A DNA stretch of 64,000 nt from Pirellulales bacterium (GTDB lineage: Bacteria > Planctomycetota > Planctomycetia > Pirellulales > JAICIG01). The position numbers were made by a program, and so were the translations under genes. Location: NCBI GenBank assembly GCA_040901675.1, contig JBBDYJ010000038.1, positions 128,001-192,000 of the forward strand, in the 5' to 3' direction. Shown here piece by piece: positions 38,829 to 47,857 of the stretch (its first letter is position 1; each line of letters starts with the position of its first letter). The notes beneath the pieces were generated by a model that saw only the letters and a program-made list of their open reading frames with translations, was not told the DNA's origin and searched no databases.

Positions 38829-40102
38829 TCGCCTACAACACCGCGATCGTGCTGCTGGGCACCAGCTTGTTGGGCGCCAGCGCCGGGCTGGTGGGCAGCT
38901 ATGCCGTGCTGCGGGGGCGCTCGCTGTTGGGCGATGCCCTGGCGCACGCGGCGCTGCCTGGCCTGTGCCTGGCTTTTCTGCTGGTCGGTGAACGCAGCCT
39001 GCCCGCCATGCTGGCCGGGGCACTGGTCTCAGGCGTGATCGGCGTGGCAGTGATCACGGTCCTGCGCCGATATACGCGGATCAAGGAAGACGCCGCCATC
39101 GGCATCGTGCTCAGCGTCTTCTTTGGCGCGGGCGTCGCTCTGAGCGGCTGGATTCAGCGGCAGACGACCACCGGCAGCAAGGCGGGCCTGGACCATTTTA
39201 TCCTGGGCCGCACCGCCGGGATGATCCGCCAGGACCTGTACCTGATCGCCGCGGTGGCGCTGGTCAGCCTGCTGGTGGTGCTGCTGTTGTACAAGGAGTT
39301 CAAGCTGGTCTCGTTCGACGTCGGCTTCGCCGGCGCGCAGGGGTGGCCGGCCTTGAAGCTCGATCTGCTGATGATGATTCTATTGGCGGTGACGGTAGTC
39401 ATCGGCTTGCCCGCCGTCGGCGTGGTGCTGATGGCGGCCATGCTGATCCTGCCCGCCGCGGCGGCCCGCTTTTGGACCGACCGGCTGAGCGCGATGCTGG
39501 CTCTCTCGGCACTGTTCGGGCTGGTGGCCGGCGCGGTGGGCACCTCGATCAGCGCCAATCGCGGCAACATGCCGGCCGGGCCGGTGATCGTGCTGTCGGG
39601 GACCGTCGTGTTCCTGATTTCGGTGCTGTTCGCGGCACGCAGGGGAGGGCTGGCGCGGTGGCTCCGCCGCATCCGCTTTCGCCGACGGCTCGCTGAGCAG
39701 ATGCTGCTGGAGTTGCTCTATGAGCTGGCCGAGCCGCAACGGCAGGGTCAATCGTTCTCCGTCGACGACGTGGCCGCCGCCGCCCGCTGGGACGCCCGGC
39801 AAGCCAGGCGATTGCTCGACTCGGCCGCCAGGAGGGGCTTGGTCGAGACCCAGGGCGAGGGGCAATACCGGCTGTCGGAAAAGGGGGCGTCGCGCGCCGC
39901 GGAGGTCGCCCGCGGCAGCCGCTTGTGGACCTTGTTTTTGCTGGAAAATGCACAACTGGCCGGCGCCTTCGAGGAGCTCGACGTCGAATCGGCCGACGAG
40001 GTGCTGCCGCCGCAGGTGATTGCCGACCTGGAGGCGAAGCTGCAGGCGGCGGGCCGGCTGCCGGCTCGGTGGCGATCCGAACCTGCCGGGGGCACGCCAT
40101 GA
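38825..40102 (+). CDS. Metal ABC transporter permease with degenerate DtxR-like C-terminal domain
   Basis: [17 protein letters not shown]; tail LSEKG...[10 protein letters not shown]. Confidence 0.9.
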   Translation: MIAYNTAIVLLGTSLLGASAGLVGSYAVLRGRSLLGDALAHAALPGLCLAFLLVGERSLPAMLAGALVSGVIGVAVITVLRRYTRIKEDAAIGIVLSVFFGAGVALSGWIQRQTTTGSKAGLDHFILGRTAGMIRQDLYLIAAVALVSLLVVLLLYKEFKLVSFDVGFAGAQGWPALKLDLLMMILLAVTVVIGLPAVGVVLMAAMLILPAAAARFWTDRLSAMLALSALFGLVAGAVGTSISANRGNMPAGPVIVLSGTVVFLISVLFAARRGGLARWLRRIRFRRRLAEQMLLELLYELAEPQRQGQSFSVDDVAAAARWDARQARRLLDSAARRGLVETQGEGQYRLSEKGASRAAEVARGSRLWTLFLLENAQLAGAFEELDVESADEVLPPQVIADLEAKLQAAGRLPARWRSEPAGGTP

Positions 40103-41403
40103 ACTGGCCCGACTTGTCGCCTGAAGCCAGCATGGCCGCGTGGACCATTCTCGTGGGAGCGGTCTCCAATGCCGCCTGCGCGCTGATCGGTTGCTACCTG
40201 GTGCTGCGGCGGCTGAGCCTGCTGGGCGACGCCATCAGCCATGCCATCCTGCCGGGCATTGTGCTGGCCTTTCTTTTGACCGGGCAGATATCCTCGCTGC
40301 CGATGTTGCTGGGGGCGATGGCCGTCGGCATGTTGACCACGTTCCTCACTCACTTGCTGCACGATTTCGGCCAGGTGCCCGAGGACGCCAGCATGGGAGC
40401 GGTCTTCACCTCGCTGTTTGCCTTGGGAGTGATCCTGGTCACCAACTTCGTGTCGAGCGTTCACTTGGACGCCGATTGCGTGTTGTATGGCGACATCGTC
40501 AATGCCTCGCTCGATACGGTGCCGCTGGGCGCTTGGGAGGTGCCGCGCGTGCTGGGCATATTGACTATCTCGCTGGCCGGCGCGGCCGCGTTCGTGACGC
40601 TGTTCTGGAAAGAGCTCAAAATCGTTTCGTTCGACCCGCAGCTTGCCACCAGCATGGGATTGACGGCGGGCCTGGTGCATTACCTGCTGATGGGCGTGGT
40701 GGCCGGCGTCACGGTGGCCTCCTTCGAGGCGGTTGGCTCGATCCTGGTGGTCGCCATGTTGATCGTGCCCGCGGCCACGGCGCACCTGCTCACCGACCGC
40801 CTGGTGTGGATGATCGGCTGGGCCGTGCTGGTGGGAGTGGTCTCGTCCGTGCTCGGTTACCTGTCGGCCGCCTGGTTCAACACCAGCGTGGCGGGCATGA
40901 TGGCCGTGGCGGCCGGGGCGCAGTTCGGCCTGGCGGTTTTCCTGGCCCCCCGGCACGGCCTGGTGAGCAAGATGGCCCATCAGCTCGCTCTGACATTGCG
41001 AATCGCGGGCGAAGACCTGGTGGCCCGGCTCTATCGTCTCGAAGAGCGCCAGGCGCAACCGTATCCGGAGCCGTTGCCGCCGGCGCCCGACTCAGTGGCC
41101 GCGCCGCTGGTCCGCTGGCTGGCGATGCTGAGGCTGCGATGGCGGGGCGAAGTCCAGGCCAGGTTCAATGGCGAGCACCAGTTGACCGACCAGGGGCGCC
41201 GGACGGCCCAATCGCTGGTCCGTTCGCACCGGCTGTGGGAGTCGTTCCTGGGCGAGCATTTTCAACTGCCGCTGGACCATCTGCACGAGCCGGCCGAGCG
41301 GGTCGAGCACTTCATCGGCCCCGACCTGCAGGAGCGGTTGGCCACGCAGCTCGACCGCCCCGGAGTCGACCCGCACGGCAAGCAGATACCGCCCGAGGGG
41401 TGA
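40099..41403 (+). CDS. Metal ABC transporter permease with DtxR-type metal-binding/dimerisation C-terminal domain
   Basis: GDAISHAILPG; tail RSHRLWESFL...HEPAERVEH...DPHGKQIP. Confidence 0.9.
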   Translation: MNWPDLSPEASMAAWTILVGAVSNAACALIGCYLVLRRLSLLGDAISHAILPGIVLAFLLTGQISSLPMLLGAMAVGMLTTFLTHLLHDFGQVPEDASMGAVFTSLFALGVILVTNFVSSVHLDADCVLYGDIVNASLDTVPLGAWEVPRVLGILTISLAGAAAFVTLFWKELKIVSFDPQLATSMGLTAGLVHYLLMGVVAGVTVASFEAVGSILVVAMLIVPAATAHLLTDRLVWMIGWAVLVGVVSSVLGYLSAAWFNTSVAGMMAVAAGAQFGLAVFLAPRHGLVSKMAHQLALTLRIAGEDLVARLYRLEERQAQPYPEPLPPAPDSVAAPLVRWLAMLRLRWRGEVQARFNGEHQLTDQGRRTAQSLVRSHRLWESFLGEHFQLPLDHLHEPAERVEHFIGPDLQERLATQLDRPGVDPHGKQIPPEG

Positions 41404-41410
41404 AAGCGGC
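41378..41410 (+). repeat. 33-bp direct repeat (left), identical to 46107-46139
   Basis: GCAAGCAGATACCGCCCGAGGGGTGAAAGCGGC spans the permease stop codon. Confidence 0.85.
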
Positions 41411-41414
41411 TTGT

Positions 41415-41700
41415 CCGCGTCGCCGCGTCCCACCGTCCGAGCTGCGTCTCCATCCAGGTCGAGTCGGCGTTCTGCACCAGCTTGTTCTGGGCCGCCGGAC
41501 TTCGGCGAGCTCAGTCGAGCCGCCGGGGCCGTGTAGACGCCCGAAGCGTCTTTGTTGGAGTAGGTGAACGAAGCGCCGGTTCCCTTGTGGACCACGGCCG
41601 TGGTGCTGTTGACCACGATCGCCCGCTGCCGGTAGGTCATGCTCCAGTTGGCGCCGAACTCTCCGGTGGCCATCTGGCTCAAGACGTTGTAAGTGAAGTC
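41415..41700 (-). pseudogene. Rhs N-terminal (DUF6531-like) fragment, copy 1, frameshifted
   Basis: FTYN...GEFGANWSMTY...YTAP | NKLVQNADSTWMETQ, interrupted by the 24-bp element at 41498-41521. Confidence 0.6.
41498..41521. mobile_element. 24-bp mini element in Rhs fragment
   Basis: Absent from the paralogous site at ~44611-44631. Confidence 0.85.
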
Positions 41701-41910
41701 AGTGTTCGTGAAAAAGATGGCTGTCTTAATGTCTGTCTTATTTCCATTTTTCACCGGCGATTTCGCTGCGTCCCTGTCTTCCCTGCGTTGCGAGAGCCCT
41801 GAAAAGTAGAATGTCCAATAGAATGTCCCCTTTGCACGCCCTGCACGCCGCGTCGACTTCGGCGAGCGGCGAGCCAGCCGACATAGTCCCTGAGGTGGTA
41901 TACTTGGCGC

Positions 41911-43767
41911 ATGTCCTCGGACACAGTCGAACTAGTTATAACTTGCCTTCTCGGAATCCTCGTTGCGACGACTGCGAGCACCGTTGGCCTTCTTTCTGTG
42001 TGGGCGGCCTGGGGGCGCGGGCACTGGTTCGTCAGGCTCGCCGTTGTCCTTGCCGTCCTTTCGCTGGGAATGGCGATTCCGGCCTACGACCTGATCCTGA
42101 TGTTCTTCACGCAGGCGGCCGTGGTTGTTCTTCCGCTCCTGCTCCTCCGACCGCTTCGCGCTGGCGGACGGTCTTCCAGCGAGGCGTCGGACCCGGGACA
42201 CCCTGGTCCTAGTCGGGCGGCCTGGGCGCGTTTTGGGCTGCGGCAGCTATTCCTCGCCATCGTGCTGGCCGGGGGGCTCCTTGCGATACCAGCCGCGGTG
42301 CCCAAGGAACTATGGGCCGAGTGGTTCGCCGATTCCTGGGGAGAGGGGCCGACGCTCGTGATGCTCGGCGCAAGCCTCGGCGCGGTCACCTTGGCGGCCG
42401 CCTGGGCCGCCCTCGGCAGGCGCTGGACGCTTGCGCGCTGGTCGCTATTGTGCCTGCTCGCCTTGATGGTCGGTGTTCTCTGGCGCCTGGCGGACTCCAT
42501 TCTGGGCTTGTCGAATCAAGGCTCCATGACCGAGTCCTGGTGGCTCGTATTCATTCCCGCGGCCGCAGCACTTACGGCGGCCGAGCTCGCGCTCGTCCAG
42601 GCCGTGATGCCTTCGCCCGATCGGCATGGTCACTGTAAGCCGCCGGCCAGCGCCTTCCGAAATCGCCCCACCGCCACGCGCATAGCTGGGCTGGGGGCGA
42701 CGGTTGGGGGCGCCCTGATCCTCTTGCCGCAAGCCTTTATCTACTACCACCTCGTCACTCCCACGCCGATTCCGCCAACAAGAATGCCGACCCCCAATGC
42801 CTACGATGCACTGGTGGAGCTGGGAACGCAGCTCGGCGGTGAACGCAATTTGTTCCAAGGCTACATCAGCGCCGTCGATGACGCTCTTCAGCGTCACATC
42901 ATCGGTCTTCCAAAGGAGGATGCGCAGGGAGGCGATCCTCGCCTTCAACATGAAACCGGGGACGAAGAACTGCGCCGCTTTGTCGCCCAACACCAGCCGC
43001 TCCTAGATCGTGCGCGCCTCGCGCTAGCGCGAGAGTCGGTTGTGCCGATTGACTACTTCACGTTTGAGCCTTTCGGGGAGAAACCGCCCAACCGGCTACA
43101 GGACTTGGGATTCGCCTTCGCCGCCGAAGGAACTTTAGCGATCCAGGAAGACGAGGCGCCCCGCGCAGTCCGCAGCTATTTGAACTGTATCGAGCTTGCG
43201 CGAGCCATGGCACACTGCGGCACGCTAGGCGATTGCGAGTATGCTGACGACATCGAGATGGTGGGAGTACGCGGCCTCGGTGTCTTGCGGCACAACCTCT
43301 CGTCCAGCCAATGCCGCGCGTTGGTCCAAACGCTGGCGGCAACCGACGCCTCGCGCGAACCCCTGGACGATGCGTTCGTCCGTGACCGCGCCCTTTGGGA
43401 TCATATGTTCGGCTGGCAAGGAAGACTCACGCGCGCTGCCGCGGATTTGGCTGGCTACTCGGAGGACCGAGCGTCGGCGGAAACCTCCCAGGCGCGTGTC
43501 GCTGCATTCTTGCGGCTGCTGATCTGCGACCTCGCTATCCGGTCGTACCGATTGGAACACGGGAAGCTCCCCGGCGACCTGAGGCAACTGGTTCCCGACG
43601 ACCTCGCGGCCTTGCCTGAGGACCCCTTTAGCAGAGCGCCCTTGGTGTACCGCCTCGAGGGCGAGGGCTACATGCTGTATAGCGTCGGGGTCAATCGCAC
43701 AGACGAGGGCGGACGGTCAGGCGAAGACGGCGATCTCCTGCTGAGCGCTGGCGGGCGAAATAGGTGA
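41911..43767 (+). CDS. Multi-TM hypothetical membrane protein with C-terminal GspG-like tail
   Basis: About 8 TMs; C-terminal YRLEHGKLPGDL..LVP..LAALPEDPF...YSVG. Confidence 0.75.
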   Translation: MSSDTVELVITCLLGILVATTASTVGLLSVWAAWGRGHWFVRLAVVLAVLSLGMAIPAYDLILMFFTQAAVVVLPLLLLRPLRAGGRSSSEASDPGHPGPSRAAWARFGLRQLFLAIVLAGGLLAIPAAVPKELWAEWFADSWGEGPTLVMLGASLGAVTLAAAWAALGRRWTLARWSLLCLLALMVGVLWRLADSILGLSNQGSMTESWWLVFIPAAAALTAAELALVQAVMPSPDRHGHCKPPASAFRNRPTATRIAGLGATVGGALILLPQAFIYYHLVTPTPIPPTRMPTPNAYDALVELGTQLGGERNLFQGYISAVDDALQRHIIGLPKEDAQGGDPRLQHETGDEELRRFVAQHQPLLDRARLALARESVVPIDYFTFEPFGEKPPNRLQDLGFAFAAEGTLAIQEDEAPRAVRSYLNCIELARAMAHCGTLGDCEYADDIEMVGVRGLGVLRHNLSSSQCRALVQTLAATDASREPLDDAFVRDRALWDHMFGWQGRLTRAAADLAGYSEDRASAETSQARVAAFLRLLICDLAIRSYRLEHGKLPGDLRQLVPDDLAALPEDPFSRAPLVYRLEGEGYMLYSVGVNRTDEGGRSGEDGDLLLSAGGRNR

Positions 43768-43838
43768 CGTATTTGCTCGGCTGGGCGTCCGTTTAGGTTC
43801 CCGTCCAGCGCGGACAACGTAGCGCACAGGCTATCCGC

Positions 43839-44080
43839 TCAACCGGCTGGCTGGTCGGTATCCTCGCTACCGACGATTCCGCCGATGACCTGGGCGGCCT
43901 GCCATAAGTCGTCCACCACGTAGTCAGGGGCGACGGCCGGGTCGAGGGCGGCCTGGAGTCCGTAGCCGGTCCGTACCAAGAGCGTCGTCGCGCCCACGGC
44001 GCGGCCCAACTCGATGTCGCAAGCCTTGTCGCCGATCACGAAGGCCTCCGCCGGTCGAAAGCCGAGCTGGGCCGCGGCCG
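43839..44080 (-). pseudogene. Duplicated 3' fragment of gmhB
   Basis: Near-identical to 46148-46390 (IGDKACDI.LGRAVGATTLLVRTGYG...). Confidence 0.9.
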
Positions 44081-44087
44081 GGATGGC

Positions 44088-44363
44088 AAACGGGACAGGT
44101 CTAATTTCAGGGTGCTAGGGCTTTTTGGGCGCCTGCGCGGGTGAAGTGTGGACTCCAAGCCCAGGGATTCGGCCGTACGCTTCGTCCATGTCGGCCAGCC
44201 GAAGGGCTGGCCGCGGGAGATACTTGGCAAACAACCGCATGCGCCCCACGCCGCGGTTGAGGACGTGAAAAACCATTCCCCTGGGGCGGCACGAGCACTC
44301 CTCGGCATGCTCGAAATCTAATGCCTCTCACGCTCCCAGTCAAGAATTAGACGTGTCCCGTTT
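44088..44363 (-). mobile_element. Internally deleted RAYT-like (HUH Y1) transposase element with 19-bp terminal inverted repeats
   Basis: IRs AAACGGGACAGGTCTAATT (44088-44106) and AATTAGACGTGTCCCGTTT (44345-44363). MPRSARAAPG(fs)GMVFHVLNRGVGRMRLF is joined to C-terminal RGQPFG..W..RTAESLGLESTL.PR.RPK. Confidence 0.8.
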
Positions 44364-44429
44364 ACGTCCCCGCACTGCCCGGAGCATGGCGTTCGAGCGG
44401 TTCGCATTCCCTGGGCGGAACCCAACAGC

Positions 44430-44796
44430 CACTTCATCGGCCCCGACCTGCAGGAGCGGTTGGCCACCGAGCTCGACCGCCCCGAAGTCGACCCGCACGG
44501 CAAGCAGATTCCGCCCGAGGGCTGAACGCCGCTCGTCCGTGGTCGCCATGTCCCACCGTCCGAGCTGCGTCTCCGACCAGGTCGAGTCGGCATTCTGGAC
44601 CAGCTTGTTCTCGGCCCCGTCCGGGGCCGTGTAGACGCCATTCGCGTCCTTGTTGGTGTAGGTCAGCGAGAGGCCGTTCCCCTTGTGGACGACGGCCGTG
44701 GTGCTGTTGACGACGATGATCTTTTGCTTGTAGTTCATGTCCCAGTTGGCGCCGAACTCGCCGCTGGCGGTCTGGTTGAAGCGGTTGTAGGTGAAC
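44430..44796. pseudogene. Duplicated permease 3' end (+) plus Rhs-like fragment copy 2 (-)
   Basis: Homologous to 41308-41700 (HFIGPDLQERLAT...IPPEG* then FTYN...GEFGANW...ETQ). Confidence 0.85.
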
Positions 44797-44991
44797 ACGG
44801 GCCAGGGGGCCAGCAGGTCGGTCTGGATGTCTTATTGTCAGGCGTCTTATTGTCAGCCAGCCGTAGCCCCGCCAGCGGGCGTTGTCCCCCAACGGCTCGC
44901 GTGCGGCTGTTGAATGTTCCTTCAGGGCTGGCCTGGCGCGAGCGGTCTGCGACGTTGCATGGCCGCTGCTCGGGCACTAAGATGCCCGGTT

Positions 44992-46065
44992 ATGACCACG
45001 TCGGACCGCCTTGAGGCACCCGCTGCACGCAAGGGTTTCAAGTTCCGCCTTCGGACGCTGCTGGCGGTTGTTACGATCCTCTGCCTCATCTTGGCGGCCT
45101 TCTTTTCGAATTATCCGCAAAGGCAACTCCTGTCTCGCATCGAGGCGCGAGGCCAAGTTCGCTACAACGGCTGGGAAGTTGTTGGGATTTGGGCTCCTTT
45201 CTTCCATTTGACCGACGCGGACCTGGCGTTGTTGGCGGATCTCGATGGGCTGGAAATCCTTGTCGCTGCCAGTGAGGCCGTCACTGATCGCGGAGTGGCG
45301 CAACTGGCCGGCTTCAGCCGCCTGGTCCATTTGAATCTCTCGCGGAGTGCCGTAACGGATGCCGGATTGAGCAGCCTCTCAGGCCTGACCCGGCTCGAGC
45401 GCCTCGATTTGGAGCAGACCGCGGTGAGCGATGCAGGCATCGCGCAACTGGCTGGTCTGACGAATCTCAAGCACTTGGAGCTTGGTCGCACGAGAGTGAC
45501 GGATGGGGCCCTGATGCACCTGCGAGGGATGGTCAAACTTGAACAACTCAATCTGCACGAAACGAACGTAACCAGCGCAGGGCTGACTCACTTCGCACCG
45601 CTGACTCAACTGAGGATCTTGGATCTGGATCGAACTCAGGTAGCAGGTGCGGGGTTCGAACATCTGCGCCGCATGGCCGATTTAAGCATGCTGTTTCTTT
45701 CCGAGACCAGGGTGAACGACAAGACCCTCGAGCACGTGGGGCGACTGCCCGGCCTGGGTGTGCTGTGCGTGGACCAGAGCAACATCACGGATGCGGGGTT
45801 GGATCGGCTCACCCTATTGAACCTGTGGGATCTTTCGATCTCCGGCACTCGGGTGACCGACGCCGGTCTCGCGAGTCTGAAGCGACAAACCAAACTGCAG
45901 CATCTTGACCTTTCGGGCACCGCGGTAACCGATGCCGGGCTGTCGCACTTGGAGGGACTCAGTACGCTGGACAAACTCCGTATCTCGAACTGCCCAAAGC
46001 TCACCGACGCAGCGGTAGCGAAACTTCAAGAGGCGTTGCCGCGGTGCATCATCGATACTCAATAG
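44992..46065 (+). CDS. Leucine-rich repeat protein (24-aa repeats) with N-terminal TM
   Basis: FRLRTLLAVVT membrane motif; repeated LxxLxLxxTxVTDAGL. Confidence 0.9.
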   Translation: MTTSDRLEAPAARKGFKFRLRTLLAVVTILCLILAAFFSNYPQRQLLSRIEARGQVRYNGWEVVGIWAPFFHLTDADLALLADLDGLEILVAASEAVTDRGVAQLAGFSRLVHLNLSRSAVTDAGLSSLSGLTRLERLDLEQTAVSDAGIAQLAGLTNLKHLELGRTRVTDGALMHLRGMVKLEQLNLHETNVTSAGLTHFAPLTQLRILDLDRTQVAGAGFEHLRRMADLSMLFLSETRVNDKTLEHVGRLPGLGVLCVDQSNITDAGLDRLTLLNLWDLSISGTRVTDAGLASLKRQTKLQHLDLSGTAVTDAGLSHLEGLSTLDKLRISNCPKLTDAAVAKLQEALPRCIIDTQ

Positions 46066-46106
46066 GCTCGATGTGAGTGGCTCGACGCCTCAGAACACCC
46101 TCAGGA

Positions 46107-46139
46107 GCAAGCAGATACCGCCCGAGGGGTGAAAGCGGC
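46107..46139 (+). repeat. 33-bp direct repeat (right)
   Basis: Identical to 41378-41410; lies 8 bp from the gmhB stop. Confidence 0.85.
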
Positions 46140-46147
46140 GTGTGCAA

Positions 46148-46714
46148 TCAACCCGCAGGCTGGACGGTATCCTCGCTACCGACGATTCCGCCGATGACCT
46201 GGGCGGCCTCCCATAAGTCGTCCACCACGTAGTCGGGGGCGACGGCCGGGTCGAGGGCGGCCTGGGCTCCATAGCCGGTCCGCACCAGCAGCGTCGTCGC
46301 GCCCACGGCGCGGCCCAGGTCGATGTCGCAGGCCTTGTCGCCGATGACAAAGGCCTCTTCCGGTCGAAAGCCAAGCTGGGCCGCGGCCGCTTCAACCAAC
46401 CCGGGCCGCGGTTTGCGGCAGCGGCAGCCGGTCTCCGGCGCGTGCGGGCAGCAAAAGATGCCGTCCAACTCGATGCCGTGGGGTGCAAGGAGTTGCCGCA
46501 ATCGCTCGTGTACGCGGTCCAGACACTCCTGACCGAACAGCCCTCGCCCCACGGCCGACTGGTTGGTCAGTACGGCCAGCCCCAAGCCCATCCGCGACAA
46601 GCTGGCCAGGCCGCGCGCGGCGCCTGGCAGCAACTCGAGCTGGTCCGGATCCGACACGTAGTGCCGCTCCACGTTCAGCGTGCCGTCGCGATCCAAGAGC
46701 ACAAACCGTCTCAT
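46148..46714 (-). CDS. gmhB: D-glycero-D-manno-heptose 1,7-bisphosphate phosphatase (HAD IIIA)
   Basis: DRDGTL, TNQS, CPH...CRCRKP and IGDKACD. Confidence 0.88.
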   Translation of the reverse strand: MRRFVLLDRDGTLNVERHYVSDPDQLELLPGAARGLASLSRMGLGLAVLTNQSAVGRGLFGQECLDRVHERLRQLLAPHGIELDGIFCCPHAPETGCRCRKPRPGLVEAAAAQLGFRPEEAFVIGDKACDIDLGRAVGATTLLVRTGYGAQAALDPAVAPDYVVDDLWEAAQVIGGIVGSEDTVQPAG

Positions 46715-47847
46715 CGTGTGTCGCCCCAACCTTGGCCAAGCATCAACTCGACAATCCGCCGTGCCGCCTGCCCATCGCCGTAAGGATTAACGTCGATGCG
46801 CCGCTGGGCATAGGCCTCGCGGTCGGTCAGCAGCAAAGTCGTCCGGCTCACGATGCGCTCGACGTCGGTGCCCACGAGCTCGACGGCGCCGGCCTCGACC
46901 GCCTCGGGCCGCTCGGTGGTGTCCCGCGTGACCAGCACCGGCTTGCCGAGCGAAGGAGCTTCCTCCTGGATGCCGCCTGAGTCGGTCAGGATGAGATGCG
47001 AGCGGTCCATCAGCCACACGAACGCCGGATAGCCGACCGGTTCGACCAACTGCACGTTGGCCAGTCCGGCCAGCAGCGGTCGGACCGCGGATTGCACCCG
47101 TGGATTCAAGTGGACGGGATACAGGAACACGACGTCGGGGAAGCGGGTGGCAAGCGTGGCGATGGCCTGGCACACCCGCTCCAGACCGGCGCCAAGGTTT
47201 TCGCGGCGGTGGCCGGTGACGAGCACCAATCGCCGATCGCCGAGCATGGCAAACTGCCGCTGCCAGTGGGCCGCGTTGGCCCGCTCGCGCTGGCGCGTGC
47301 TCAGCAGGGCATCGATCACCGTGTTGCCCGTCACGTGGATGTTGGAGGGGAGAACGCCTTCTGCCTCCAAGTTGGCGGCCGCCCGCATGGTGGGCGCGCA
47401 GTGCAGCGTGGCGGCCAGGCTGGCCACGCGGCGATTCATTTCTTCGGGCCAGGGCGACAGCAGGTTGCCCGTCCGCAGGCCCGCCTCGACGTGCACCAGC
47501 GGGATGCGGCGCAAGAATGCCGCCAGCGCGGCTGCCATCACCGTGGATGTATCGCCTTGGGCCACCACGCAATGTGGCCGGATGCGGGCCAGTTGGCCGT
47601 CGAGCTCGGCCAGGCAGCGGGCGGTCACCTCGGCCGGCGACTGGTCGGGACGCATCACGGCGAGATCGACGTCGGCCCGGATGTCGAAGTAGTCGGTGAC
47701 CTGCGCCAGGAGCTCGCGATGCTGGCCCGTGAGGCAGACCACCGTCTCGATCTCATCGGATCGCCGCCGGCACTCGTCGATGATCGGCGCCATCTTGATG
47801 GCTTCCGGTCGAGTGCCAAAGGTCAGGAAGGCGCGGAGGCTCGGCAA
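46711..47847 (-). CDS. wecB: UDP-N-acetylglucosamine 2-epimerase (non-hydrolysing)
   Basis: FGTRPEAIKMAP, TGQH, HVEAGLRT, HRREN and DSGGIQEE. Confidence 0.95.
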   Translation of the reverse strand: MPSLRAFLTFGTRPEAIKMAPIIDECRRRSDEIETVVCLTGQHRELLAQVTDYFDIRADVDLAVMRPDQSPAEVTARCLAELDGQLARIRPHCVVAQGDTSTVMAAALAAFLRRIPLVHVEAGLRTGNLLSPWPEEMNRRVASLAATLHCAPTMRAAANLEAEGVLPSNIHVTGNTVIDALLSTRQRERANAAHWQRQFAMLGDRRLVLVTGHRRENLGAGLERVCQAIATLATRFPDVVFLYPVHLNPRVQSAVRPLLAGLANVQLVEPVGYPAFVWLMDRSHLILTDSGGIQEEAPSLGKPVLVTRDTTERPEAVEAGAVELVGTDVERIVSRTTLLLTDREAYAQRRIDVNPYGDGQAARRIVELMLGQGWGDTR

Positions 47848-47857
47848 GGGCGATACC

